DNA from: Hypanus sabinus | Lineage: Eukaryota | Direction of reading: 5' to 3' | DNA length: 64,000 nucleotides | NCBI RefSeq assembly: GCF_030144855.1 | Contig: NW_026780455.1 | Span: 124,001-188,000, forward strand | Part shown: positions 24,950-37,069 of the stretch, piece by piece | Layout: each line of letters starts with the position of its first letter | Position numbering within the stretch: position 1 is the first letter of the stretch | Made by a program: the position numbers and the translations under genes | The notes under the pieces: model-generated | Database searches by the model: none | What the model was told of the DNA's origin: nothing | What the model saw: only the letters and a program-made list of their open reading frames with translations

Positions 24950-26075
24950 CACGATATTTTACATCTGAAACATCCGAGCAACTGAGAGATGATCGCGATT
25001 GGCATTGTCCGTACATGGCGTTTCACCAGCAGCTGAGAAAAGAAAAGACACGGTAAGTTACTAGCAATACAAGAGTAAGTTTCCTGCAAATTATATGACG
25101 ACCGAGCAGGAATTACAGATGGAACAATGCGTAATAACAGTCCGGATAAAATAACAGATGATAGATCAGCAACAACAATTTATTTAACGTATTTTGTCTT
25201 TCGGAACGGCGAGAGCATACAGAAATCAATATCTGAAAAACAACAGAAATGTGCTGGAAAAAAAGGGGAATCTGAAGGACGATGGGACTTTGAAAAGGCA
25301 ACTATTGTCCGGAAATTATGTTTCAACAGCTACGAAGAAAGAGAAAAGACAAAACACCTTACTATAAATAAATGCGTCAGATTCCTAAAAATTGCATAAG
25401 GACCGATTAGTGATTACGGACAGGGAAATCCATGCGAACAGTCTCGATAAAATAACACAGGATAGACAAAGAACAACTTAGTCAATAGATAGAGCCATTG
25501 GGAACTCAGATAACATGCACAAATCAATGCTGGAAGAAACACGACAATATGCTGACTTAAAAGAGGAAGGTGAAACGGGATGACACATGAACGGGATTAA
25601 TATTGCTCCGAAAGTAATATTTGCAACTATTGCCATCCTAGCCATTAAAAAAGCATTACACATACATTAAAATATTTATATAATGTTGAAGAAATCTGAA
25701 GCACTAAGCACGTCTAAATATGCCGAACGCTGCGAACAATTGAAAAATGAGCGTGTGTGGTTCAGGATTTATCAGCGGTGCGGTGAGCGTTGTTATCCAC
25801 TCTCGGACAAGAACCTGATGTCAACGTGTCACATCTGCTTCAAACCTGAATTAGGAATCCTGAACGCTGTATCTAGTCTCTGGTACAAGGGAAAAAGAAA
25901 AAAACACACCAAAATTCTGAAATGTCCAGCTGCTCCGTTGTCAAGAAGGCACCCATAATCCTTCCGTTCCAGAAAAAGAAAAGGAAATTCGCCAGGGGCC
26001 GATTGACTATCCAAAATATTTAAAGCATCCTGTGCTTTCACACCCGGCGGCTAATCGTTGACTCCGCCGTTTATC
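24950..26075 (+). promoter_or_regulatory. Duplicated upstream region of a V-like segment (module X, copy 1)
   Basis: Direct homologue of 37,070-38,063; CRE-like TGATGTCA at 25,816-25,823 (37,655-37,662 in copy 2). Confidence 0.55.
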
Positions 26076-26141
26076 ATGTAAAACATAATTTCGCTGAGTA
26101 TTTGGCAATCGGTTCTTCATTGTGGAGACGCAGTGATACAA
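26076..26141 (+). pseudogene. TCR-alpha-like V segment start (unsplit leader and FR1), nonsense at codon 2, runs into gap
   Basis: ATG TAA AAC ATA ATT TCG CTG AGT ATT TGG CAA TCG GTT CTT CAT TGT GGA GAC GCA GTG ATA CAA = M*NIISLSIWQSVLHCGDAVIQ. GDAVIQ matches the GDSVTQ-type V FR1 start. Homologous to 38,064. Confidence 0.6.
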
Positions 26142-26333
26142 NNNNNNNNNNNNNNNNNNNNNNNNNNNNNNNNNNNNNNNNNNNNNNNNNNNNNNNNNNN
26201 NNNNNNNNNNNNNNNNNNNNNNNNNNNNNNNNNNNNNNNNNNNNNNNNNNNNNNNNNNNNNNNNNNNNNNNNNNNNNNNNNNNNNNNNNNNNNNNNNNNN
26301 NNNNNNNNNNNNNNNNNNNNNNNNNNNNNNNNN
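26142..26333. other. Assembly gap (192 N)
   Basis: Run of N beginning at the V-like FR1. Confidence 1.
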
Positions 26334-26618
26334 TGAGTCAGGTTAATTGGTCATTGTGAATTGCCCCGTGAATGGAGTCTCTGGGACCGCGAATCATAGC
26401 GCCACCTGAGGCCCGACCGTTGGGAATGGACAGTCAGACAGACTTTTGAAAAAGGACTCTCTTCCGGCTCGGCTGATACAGTACAAGAAGCTTCAGGGCA
26501 CGGCACCCAGTCAAGTTTGCTCCAAAGATTGCGGACAGGGGCTGGCGGAAGAGGGCAACCATTCTGCATTTGCCATGTGTTGGAGACTCTCTGGCGTTAG
26601 CCTGGGATGAAAATGTCG

Positions 26619-27760
26619 AGTAGTAGTAGTAGTCTCTCGATGTCCGAGGAAGACGAATGTGTTGCGCAGTTAACGTTTGAGGCAGAAGTCCGAAGCGCAG
26701 ATACGGTTGCAGATGGCGCCAGGAATACCGCCTGTTGGGGCAGGACACCTGCCTGTGTCACTCTTGTCTCGCCTTGAGGCGCTGCGTGCGCCAGTCAATT
26801 GGAAGTTGTTTGCTGCATTGGAGCATAGTTTGCGCCAATTGGACCGATCAGCAGCAGTGCGTTGGAGATCGCCGGACGAGAGTTCGACCCATTTATGTTT
26901 TGACTTGAGGTTGTCCCTGTACCTCTTCCTTGGGCGACCTTGGACACGGTAGCCCTGCTCCAGTTCTCGTAAAACAACTGCGCGGCATTCTGGACTCATC
27001 CCTGCGGATCACATGGCCGGTCCATCTGAGCTCAACCTTCAAAACCTTGGCTTTAATGCTTGTAGAATTGTCTTGGTCCAGGAAATTCAGGGTGGAGTTA
27101 CGGTCTTGCCAGCGGATTTGTATGATTGATCGCAAAGCGCGATTGTAGGATTGTTCAAGTTCTTTGCGATGTCTGTCTTCGAAACAGTTTCCAGGTTTCA
27201 CAGCCATATAAAAGTGATGAGAGCACGACAGCACTGTAAATCTTCAGGTTCAAAGAGAGGCGAAAGTCTTTGTGCTGCAGAACTTAGAACTGGAGCCTTC
27301 CGAGTGCCCGGCTTGCTTTCAGGAACCTTGACGTGATTTCTTTATCAAGGGCACCGTCGCTGGAGATGGTGCACCCCAGGTATTTGAAGTTGTCAACGTT
27401 CTGTAGCTGTTTGTCATCGATGGTGATGCATGGCTCTGGGGGGAGGGGTGTCTCTATTAGATGCAGGCTGCAAGGGGACCTCTATGATACCGAGGCTCAT
27501 TGTCAAGCAACACAATTTAGATGCGGCGGAGAATCTGCTGACCATTGTTTATAGGTGGTTCACTTGGTGTACCATGAGTGCACAGTCATATGCAAAAAGC
27601 GCTTCGGTGAAAAACATTCGGAGGGTTTTTGTGTGTGCTGCAAGACGACTTAGTTCAAAGAGTGACCCGTCCAGGCGGTATTTGATACAAATGCTCAGGT
27701 CTAGGTCTCTGACGGCATGCATTAGTACTTGAATGAAGAAAAGGTTGAAAAGTACTGGTG
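26619..27760 (-). mobile_element. RTE-clade LINE, 5'-truncated, with (TAC)5-type tail
   Basis: APVLFNLFFIQ, EALFAYDCAL (decayed FADD), KYLGCTISSDGALDKEITSR, LRWTGHVIRRDESRMPR and QGRPRKRYRDNLK; tandem-repeat 3' end at 26,619-26,633. Confidence 0.85.
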
Positions 27761-28110
27761 CGGATTGTTAGAAATTGTAGATAAGGGCAGCTCTCGCAGT
27801 TGTAATCATTAAGGCCACTAGAGATCTCCAGGCTTTCCCAGACCCTGCAAGAAGAGCATTCAGCTATCCTGCCTGGCATCTCTGTTATGCCAACTGATTA
27901 GATATGAAGAATGGACTGAAAAAGAAAGCCAAGTGTTTTTCCTTTCTTTTGCCTACTTTGACTGAAGCCGCCCTGAGCTGACGCCTCGGCGAGCAGAAGC
28001 CAGAAGATCACCTGCTTGACGGTCCATTCAGACGATGCCTTCTGCATTTGACTCTGTCTTTCTCTTGCTGATCAAAGGTAAATGTCACATGGACTCTGGT
28101 CAAAGCTGTT
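27761..28110 (-). mobile_element. CR1 5'UTR/ORF1 fragment, truncated at the RTE junction
   Basis: MPGRIAECSSCRVWE...DYNCESCPYLQFLTIR, then an abrupt switch to RTE sequence. Confidence 0.75.
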
Positions 28111-28743
28111 TTTCAATGTAAGGAACCGCTGTCGCTTTTTATACCCGGGCTGATTAAAGTCCTCTCTTCCTGACTCACCCGACGTCGCAACTGGCCGCAG
28201 GCCAAAACCCTTTATCTTATAATTATGATTGCGAAATTATTTAACTCGGTTGTATTCATAATGTACCTATGCAACCAAAATTTTAAGAAATATCTTTGCA
28301 ATAAATATTGTATCTGTTTATATCATCATTATTGTTTTCTTTCTTTTGTTGCGTGTACCTTCATTTACAGACTGTTGTATGTCAGTGTCTGGCTGCGAGT
28401 CTCAATTTTGTGTCTGTTTACAGACACAGAACACGTCGGTGGCAGCCATTTGCTGCGAATATCGGATACACTTCCAGTCTGTGTCCGTGTTGCTTCACTG
28501 AATGACTGCAATTAAGGGTTAACTGCACCTGTCACTCCGTAGAACTTAACTAAGTGAGTGTCCGTGGGGATTGTCGACGTCACCGCGGAGCTGCGGCTGC
28601 TCGTTACCTGTTCTATTAATATGTATCCACTACCACGACAGTTTCAGTGAGTGCCGCTACTCTCTGCTGTCAGAGACCAGCGGGATCTGGACAGAGAGAG
28701 GACGGAGGCTGGATCGGGAACAGGTAGCTGGAGTATCCCAGCA

Positions 28744-28888
28744 ATAGATCATAATCTGCGAAATGCAGCGCTGAACGCCTCGGGAATCGCGAAGTTCTAT
28801 TCCTGGGAATTGGATATTCGAATCACGCAAGCGCTAAGGAATTTACAATTGGTTTACTACCCCGTACTAGCAATTGTAGCTGTTCCTG
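28744..28888 (+). pseudogene. GPR139-like paralogue 3, distal first exon (1a), start codon ATA
   Basis: (I)DHNLRNAALNASG...YYPVLAIVAVP G|gtaagt; open frame and intact donor, but ATA stands where paralogues have ATG. Confidence 0.8.
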
Positions 28889-29049
28889 GTAAGTGTGTAG
28901 TCTCTGTCTCTTGACTAACGTTCAAAACATATAAGCCAGCTTCTCTTTCATACGTCCTCATTATTCCTAGTTCACTCTGTTCTTCTGCATTCTTCAATGC
29001 CCTACCATTCACCATGTATGTCCTATTTGGATTATTACTAGCAAAATGT

Positions 29050-30360
29050 AGCACCTCATACTTATCAGATATTAAACTCCATCTGCCATCGTTCAGCCCA
29101 CTCTTCTAACTGGCCTAATTCTCTCTGCAAACTTTGAAAGCCTACTTCATTCTCCAGAATAACACTTACCTTAGAACCTCTGCAAACTTACTAATTCAAT
29201 ATACCACCGCATCATCCAGATCTTTAATGTATATGACAAACGCCATTGGTCCAAATAAAGACACCTGAGGCACACCACTAGTCACCGGCTTTCAACCTGA
29301 CAAGCAATTATCCACATCTACACTCTGTCATCTCCCAACCAGCCACTGATGAATCCATTTTACTACTTCAATATTAATACCTAACGATTGAACCTTCCTA
29401 ACTTACCTTCCGTGCGGAACCTTGTCAATGGCCTAACTGAAGTGCAGATAGACAGCATCCACTGCTTTACCCTCGTCAATTTTCCTCATAACCTCTTTAA
29501 AAGAATCAATAAGATTTGGCAAACATGAACTTCCACGCACAAATCCATGCTATTCCTAATCAGACCATGTCTATGCAGTTAATTATATATACCATCTCGA
29601 AGAATCCTTTCCATCAATTTATCCACCACTGATATCAAACTCACATGCCTATAATTGCTAGGTTTACACTTAGAACCCATTTTAAACAATGGAACCACAT
29701 GAGCAATACCCCTATCCTCCGGCACCATCCCCGTTTCCAATGACATTTAAAAAAATTCTGTCAAAGCCCCTGCTATTTCTACACAAAATTCACTGACAGT
29801 CCGAGGGAATATCCTGTCAGGATCCGGAGATTTATCCACTTTGATATTCCTTTCAAGCGCCAGTACTTCCTCCTCTTTAATTGTCATAGTTTCCTTAACT
29901 TCCCTACTTGTTTCCCTTGCCTTACACAAGTCAATATCCTTCTCCTAAATGAATACCGAAGAAAATATATTTTAATTCTGATTCTCTAAGTGACCAATTG
30001 TATCCCTCACTATCCTTTTGCTTTTAATATAGCTATAGTAACCCTTGGAATTTATCTTCACATTACTTGCCAAATCAGCCTCGTATCTTCTTTTAAGTTT
30101 TCTAATTTATTTCTAAAGATTCTTTTTACATTCTTTATATTCCTCGAGCAACGCATTCACTCCAATCTGCCTATATCTATATAGATCTCCCTCTTATTCC
30201 GAACCAAATTTCCAATATGGCTTGAAATCCATGACGCTCTCAAACTTTTAATCTTTCCTTTCAAACTACCAGGAACATAAAGATTCTGAACCCTCAAAAT
30301 TTCAAATTTAAGTGACTTCCATTTCACTATTACATCCTTCCCATAAAATAAATTTTCCCA
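29050..30360 (-). mobile_element. CR1 LINE ORF2 fragment
   Basis: KEEEVLALERNIKVDKSPDPDRIFPRTV...EIAGALTEFF and RT-region DNA motifs. Confidence 0.75.
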
Positions 30361-31332
30361 ATTTGACTGATAATTAGAATAGGCTTTATTATTTTTTTCT
30401 TCCTCCTTTATAATCCTTTAGTTTAGTTTAGATCCTTAAATATAATTTCTTGAATTGTATACCGTGTGTTATTTCACGTCAGGAGTTTGTAACAGGGTTG
30501 CATATTACACAGCAGCAAAACCAACCGGGTTTTGGTTTGGAATCGAGCTATCTCAATCTCACCATGCACATTCCAACATTCTACTTCACTGCCACCTCTT
30601 TGCTCATTCTCCTAAACTTACTGTCTGTCTGCAGGCTCTCTGTTTCCTTAACACGCTCCTCCAACTATCTTTCTATCATCGGCTAATTTAGCCACAAATG
30701 CGTTAATACCGCAGACCAAATTCTTGACATTCATCTCAAGCAGGCGGCTGTCCCAACTCTGCGCCCTGTGGAACTCCACTGTTAACCGGAAGCCAGCCAG
30801 AACTGGATTATTTTGGAATTATCGAACTCGATATCTTTTTCAATCTAACTGCAAATATTATTTTAAGAACAATCTATGCAATAATTATTTTAATATGTAT
30901 ATCTCATCGTTATTCCTTATTTATTTTATTTGCCCTGTATATCTTCATTTCCACACTGGTTGCATATCAGTTTCACGCCGCGTGTCCATAAGTTTCCCGA
31001 TTTTGTGACCGTTTACAGACACAGCCGTGGACAGCCGGCTGCAGGGATAATTAGATATCTTTCCAACCTGCTTTTGTATCTCTTCGCTGACAGTCTTGAA
31101 ATAAAGGGATAACTGCACCTGTCATTCCGTACAACCTAATTAAAGATGTATCCGTGGGGATTGTCGACGTCACTGTGGAGGGGTGGCTGCTGGTTACCTG
31201 TTCTATTAACATGTCTCGCTCACAACGGCAATTTCGGTGAAGCCGCCAATCTGCGCTATCGGAGACCAGCGGGCTCCAGATAGAGAGAGGACAGAGGTTG
31301 AATCGGGAACAGGAACCTGGACTATCCCAGCA

Positions 31333-31501
31333 GTGAATCGTAATCTGCGAAATGATGCGGGAATTTCGAAAAATATTTTCTGGGCCAATGATTATCTTTC
31401 TTTAAATTATGAAAAGCTGTCGTTGGATTTACGTATCACTTAGGCACTTGTGACCATCCAACCGATTTACTACCCTGTCTTCGCCATTGTAGCTGTTCCT
31501 G
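31333..31501 (+). pseudogene. GPR139-like paralogue 3, proximal first exon (1b), GTG start and in-frame TAG
   Basis: GTG at 31,333 replaces ATG. TAG at 31,441-31,443 corresponds to TAT (Tyr) in paralogue 4. Donor G|gtaaat at 31,502. Confidence 0.85.
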
Positions 31502-33732
31502 GTAAATGCTTGGCCCCTTCCTCGTGATTAACATTGAAGAGGAAAATTCAACTTCTCTTTAATGCCTGTCGTCTCATTGCATGGCCCGTCTCTCAAACCG
31601 ATACCGCGAAAGCAAACATCGGCTGATTGCATTACAGGCGTTCCCTCTCCAGCATTGAGGTTGTCGGCGTCCGGGTTACTTCTCTGTCAGGCAAAAGTTA
31701 TATTTCCCTCTTCGCCTCCCAAACACTGCAACAAAGTGACCTCACATGCACATCCACTCCCAGAGAAGCAAGTCCGAGCTGTCACAGCCTCTCCTCACAA
31801 TGAGTGCCTTCCAATCCCGGCAGGATTCGGGCAAATTACATCAGGACCCTTTGAGAAGCATACACATGCTTCCGGTGATTTATGTTCCACAGTCCATTTG
31901 GGACATGGGAGGATAATTCAGCTATCTCGAAGCTTGCTGGAGGGGACTGCATCTCTGGAATGAATTAATCAATTAATTAATTAATGATGAATGAGTGAAT
32001 AAATTAATTAATTAATATATAAGTAAATACCTCAAAGCCCCAGCTGTGAAAAAGAAGGTCACGTGGCCATCATTACTGCCACGATCTTCCGCCTGCACAA
32101 GTAGTGCAGTGGAATCTGCCAGCCGACAGAAGGATGTCGATTGTTTCAGAGGAAATATTCGCGTCTCGGCGGATGGGGGACAATATTGCTAAAGGCACGG
32201 TCATCTACCTGGGAAGGACAAATGGAAGAACAGAATATGATTAAGTGGTAAAACGATTCCCGTATGCTGCCGTGTGGAGGGACTTTAGAGTGTTTGTTCT
32301 TCAATCACAAAAGATTAGTTTGCAGCAGCGGCGGACTAACAATAGGTAAACGAGATATTATTCTTCATTGCAACAGTTATGAATTTAAGAGTAAGTAGAT
32401 TATGCTTCAACCGCACAAGTCACTGGTGAGGAGGTCGCTGACGTACGGCGTGCGCGTCTGGTCTCCTGACTGGAGGAGGATTTACTGGCCTTACAGTTGG
32501 TTCACCATTTTGATTCCAGAGATGAGGTGGCGAGACGATGAGACGAGTCAGAGTTGCGTGGGACGGTACACATTGAAATTCAGAAGCATCAGAGACGATA
32601 TTTTGGCAAGGTATGAAATTAGGAGAGGGACAGATACGACACGGGCTGAAAGCTGTTTCCAGTGGAAGCTAAGACTGGAACTAGTGTACCTACGCAGATG
32701 CTTCTGAAGACTGAATTTAAGATGTAGATGGTGAAAAACTGCATTTACCAGAGGCTGGTGAACCTGCCGAATTATCTGCCCAGTGCATCAGTGGATAAAT
32801 TATTGCGTAGTGCTGGTATTACAGGGTTTGGTGGAAAAGGCCGTGGATGGAGGTACGTCGATAGTCAGGTCAGCCATGTTCATCTTCAATGGCGGAGCTT
32901 GCCAGTCCGAACAGATGGACTATTCCAGCTCCTTCTTCTTCGGTTCTTATGCTCTAACGTTTTCTCGTGTTGACAGTTGCGTGACGTTGATTTCCGTAAA
33001 CAGTGATGCTTGGCACATTCATCAGTTCATTATCGCATCCCGTTTTCAAATCCGTCTTCTGACACAAAAGATCAGAATACATTCCAGCCATCGATTGATA
33101 TCACTGCTTAGTCCACAGGGCTCGGGAGCTGACTTCGGCCATTCGAGCACCGAGCCCTATCTGTCATTCAATGATTTATTAACACTCTCAACTACATTCT
33201 GGAGCCCACTCCCCATGTCAATCGACGCCCCGACGAATCAAGAGCCTATCACTCTCTGCAGCAATGGTTCCAATGCACTGACCCCATAGCAGTCTCTCGC
33301 GTGTAATACCACAAATTCACTAGACTCGATCGGAACGACGTTCTAATCTGGTGATATCTTTCACCTCTATTATACCTCTAGTTCACCTCTATAATATCTA
33401 TTTATCTCTATTCCAAAGTGATATCTTTATATCCTGAAAACTCGTCTTCTATTTTTAGACTGTCCCACTACAGAAACTACCCTCTCAACGTCCACGATAT
33501 CTCGGCCTCTCAATATTAGTAATGTTACAATGAGATTCCCTTCATGCTACTGAACTTCAACAGGCACATTATAATTACTAACGATTTAATAATGTCTCCC
33601 GATAATCTCTTTGTAGATAATTTAACTCCATGTTCTTCTCCACACTCGGAGTTCCAGTCGATTGAAATAATTGTTTTCAGAGAATCCTGCGAAACAAATA
33701 TGTGTTAATCGTATGTATTTCCCTTCGCACAG

Positions 33733-34656
33733 TGAACGTGGTGACAGTCTTAGTCCTGTCGCGGGGAAAGTGCGGTCTCTGCAAAGGCGTCACAAGGTAC
33801 CTGGTTGCCATGGTAGCAGCGGATCAGCTGGTCATTCTCTTCGATCTGATATTGAGCAAGATTCCGGGGACCTACATGCCTCTTGAGGTTTTACTTTGGT
33901 CGATACGTGTTCCCGTGTGTAACATCCACGCCGTCCTGCTCCAGACCGCCACGGACTGTTCTGTCTGGTTCACCGTCATTTTCACTTTTGATCGGTTTGT
34001 CGCCATTTGTTTTCAGAAGCTGAAACTAAAATACTGCACCGAGAGAGCGGCGACTCTAGTTCTGGGGACAGTGACTCTGTTGAGCTGCGGAAAGAACATT
34101 TTCTGGTACATTTTGCTCAAAGGGGACATATTCGATGTTAGTGTTCTTCGTGCTCTGTATGCGTTCTTTTCGTTTTCCCCTATCTCAGGATGCAGCGTTT
34201 CTGCTGATTCATTTCTTCCTCACCCCAGTATTCCCCTTTCTTTTCATTCTCCTGTTAAACACTTTAACCATCAGGCACGTCTTAGTGGCCAGCCGACACC
34301 GGAGGAGACTCCGTGGTTCGCGCGAAGGCGAGAGGCACGCCGACCCGGAGATGAAGAACCGCAGGCAATCCCTCCTGTTACTGCTGGTGATGTCGGGGAA
34401 TTTCATCCTGCTGTGGGCGCTGCTGACGGTGTTTTCCCTCTGGGAGATCGTGGATTTTTACGTTGACCCTTCTCCTCCGTATAGTCTGCGGGAATTGGGC
34501 TACATGCTTCAACTCCTGAGCAGCTGCACCAACACGGCTCTTTACGCCGTGGCCCAGACCAGGTTCAGGCTGCAGTTCAAGGAGACGGTGAAAACCCCCT
34601 TCCGTCTAATGACAAAGTTATCCAGGCGTTGTCAGGAGAGCATTAATCTTAAGTGA
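33733..34656 (+). pseudogene. GPR139-like paralogue 3, exon 2, +1 frameshift
   Basis: Acceptor ttcgcacag|TG at 33,733. G4 at 34,122-34,125 versus G3 in paralogue 4 shifts the frame in ECL2. The remainder reads to ESINLK-stop. Confidence 0.9.
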
Positions 34657-35309
34657 CGCCCCAAAATCTCCCATTTCGTCAGTAGCATGTGGAGTTCCAT
34701 TGGTGCTGTCGACGTCTCTGAGTACCTCCCGCCTCCACCCCTCCATTCCCCAACATGATAAGGAGAATCCCCAGTCTGCCTCCACTCTGCTCCTTCCAGT
34801 TTACTTTCTTCACTGTTTCCCTGTGTCTCCTTAAGTTCAAAATGGAGATTCTACACTTAATTGCATGCCATGCCTTGCCATTATCATTGCAATACGATGG
34901 TGGTGCACTGCCTGTATACCGTGCGGCCCTAATGCCTGCTCAGGTACGCCCGATGTAGATCGGTCTCTTTCCTCTGGCGAGGGCTATTGTTTCCAAGGGC
35001 CCCTGCCTTCGAGCCCTTCATTAAGACTATTTTACCGTAGACAGACTCAAGTCTCCGCTTGCTGCGGAGTTCTTTGGAGAACTGTCGTGCGGCCCGGGCA
35101 GCAATCCACATCGCAAAGCCTCTGGGAAATTATAGACATTCTTGGACACTTTCTTTCGTAGTGGTCCTAGCTGTCAAATTGGATTGAGGACCGTCGGTAT
35201 GTGGGGAAGGTGATTGCGGAGGAAATGGCACATGACGTCTATTTATTTATTGATTGATTCCCTTGTAGATTGGCCTCTCTCCTTCTCGGTTTGATTATCC
35301 GCCGTTCTA

Positions 35310-35440
35310 CTTATTTCCCGCCGCTGTCTGTAAAGCGTGACCGCCTGGGTGTCCTCAGCGTACTCCTGATTCTTCCCACAGAACAAACACCTATGTGTTC
35401 ATATGTATATTGGTCATTGTAAATTGTCCCATTAGTACGG
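35310..35440 (+). mobile_element. HE1-type SINE fragment
   Basis: ttcccgccgctgtctgtaaagcgtgaccgcctgggtgtcctc...ttggtcattgtaaattgtcc. Confidence 0.7.
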
Positions 35441-35496
35441 ACAGTGGAGAGCAAAAGATGGTTTATGCTGAGGTATTAGACTGTTCAGCTTGGTCG

Positions 35497-36272
35497 TGTT
35501 GCGCACCGGCAACACAGGAAAAATACCTCTAACGTGCACGCGACCCTGGGGAACCTACCTCCTACGTGCACACAACATTGTAAAAGTTTCGTCAGCAATA
35601 GAACACAGCTGGAGTCTGGTTTTGCTGTTAAAAATCATTATTCTATTCGTAACTAAGTAATGTTACCCTAAGTAAACTAAGGGTTATGCGTATATAAGTC
35701 TGTAAAATATAAAGTTACCAAACCTATTCAAGCTCAGCTGGCAGGAGTTAAATTCTTACGATGGTATGTAAGAAATTTCTGTTCAGCTCAAATGTACAGA
35801 ATTTGAAGAGAAAAAGAGATGTTTTTAATCCAAACAAGGAGGTGCCGTCGATCTTTCCCGTTGTACTCGGAATCTTCACACGAAACATCACTAACGGCAG
35901 CTTATCACAAGGCGGAGCATCGTCAAGTGAACCACCACACAGACAATAGTCGACACACCGGTAGATTCCACAAGGTTACCACAATCACACACAACGTGAT
36001 AGCCACTTAACCAGTTCCACGACCTACGAAAAATCTCCAGCAGTGATTTGCCACAGCGTTGCTTTCCCTCACTGAACTACTAGACCCAGACAAGGGGTAA
36101 ACACACACGTTGCATTCACAAAGCTTTTCCCCTCACTAGTGAACCCACTCCTGCTCATTATCTCTTTGGCACCCACACTTTCGTAACGGAATGAAAATAA
36201 ACTCACCCTCACAGGCTGCTAAAACACAGAGTCCAAACAGTGATCTCTTTGTGACTAGGTTTCTTCTGTTTC
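35497..36272. mobile_element. Truncated copy of the solo LTR at 45,753-46,913
   Basis: Reverse-complement alignment to 46,135-46,913; homology stops at ggtttcttctgtttc. Confidence 0.7.
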
Positions 36273-37069
36273 TACTAACCACACCACCATGTGTAATCAT
36301 TGTGCTGTCTCTGATATTTTACGTTGTGGGCTTGTACCGGAGTGCACTGCACAGCTTCTACGCACACATCGGTACAGAGTTTGGCATGGACGAATGCAGT
36401 TTGCCCAAGATGAACGTCGGTTGAGAGAGCCGAGTGTTACAACGACATTGCATTTGGCTTCCTCAGCATTCTGCAAATTTCCCTGTATGCAATCTTCACA
36501 AAAGGCTCTGCACCCCTGCTTGTTTCAATCTTCTCCTCATTGTTAAAATATTCCGGCCTCTACAGAGAGTATACAGTTTATTACATGGCGAAGGAGTTGT
36601 TTTCAAACTCCAGTCGTCTGAAAATAGATTGGAACATTTATTTGTCTTCCTCAACTCCAGACTCTCCTGTGGCTCCGCAAATACGGTTTTTTAATTCAGC
36701 TGTTTTTCCTTCCCATTTTTGAAATAATCCAGACCTATATTCCCGGTGCCAACATGTCAGACTGGGCACTTCCCTGCATTATGTTCCTGCTGCCAATTAT
36801 TTATTGACTGTCCAGTCTGTCTTACTCTTTCTGCAAGAAGCGTACATCATCAACTCTATCTGTCCTTCCATCTAATTTCGCATGATCCCTAGCCCCTGCC
36901 ATAAGATAAAAACAAAAAAAAAATCGTTCACCGAATTATGACGCAAAACGCGATAAGAAGCGTCCCAACACCGATTGCTACGGAACTGCACTGATCACCG
37001 GAGTCCAATCAGAAAGTGATTTTCGCAGTAATGTTTACGGACATCTCCGGAAGGCCATAATAATAAGCA

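Noticed and set aside
25758-25788. Paired phase-1 donor-like sites in module X (WFRIYQRC G|gtgagc; WFRLFHCR G|gtgagt at 37,588-37,618), plus ATG...gtaagt at 25,015-25,058
   Set aside because: No hydrophobic leader or matching phase-1 acceptor before the V start. The upstream ATG-donor distance differs in phase between copies (38 vs 39 nt). Explained by simple duplication.
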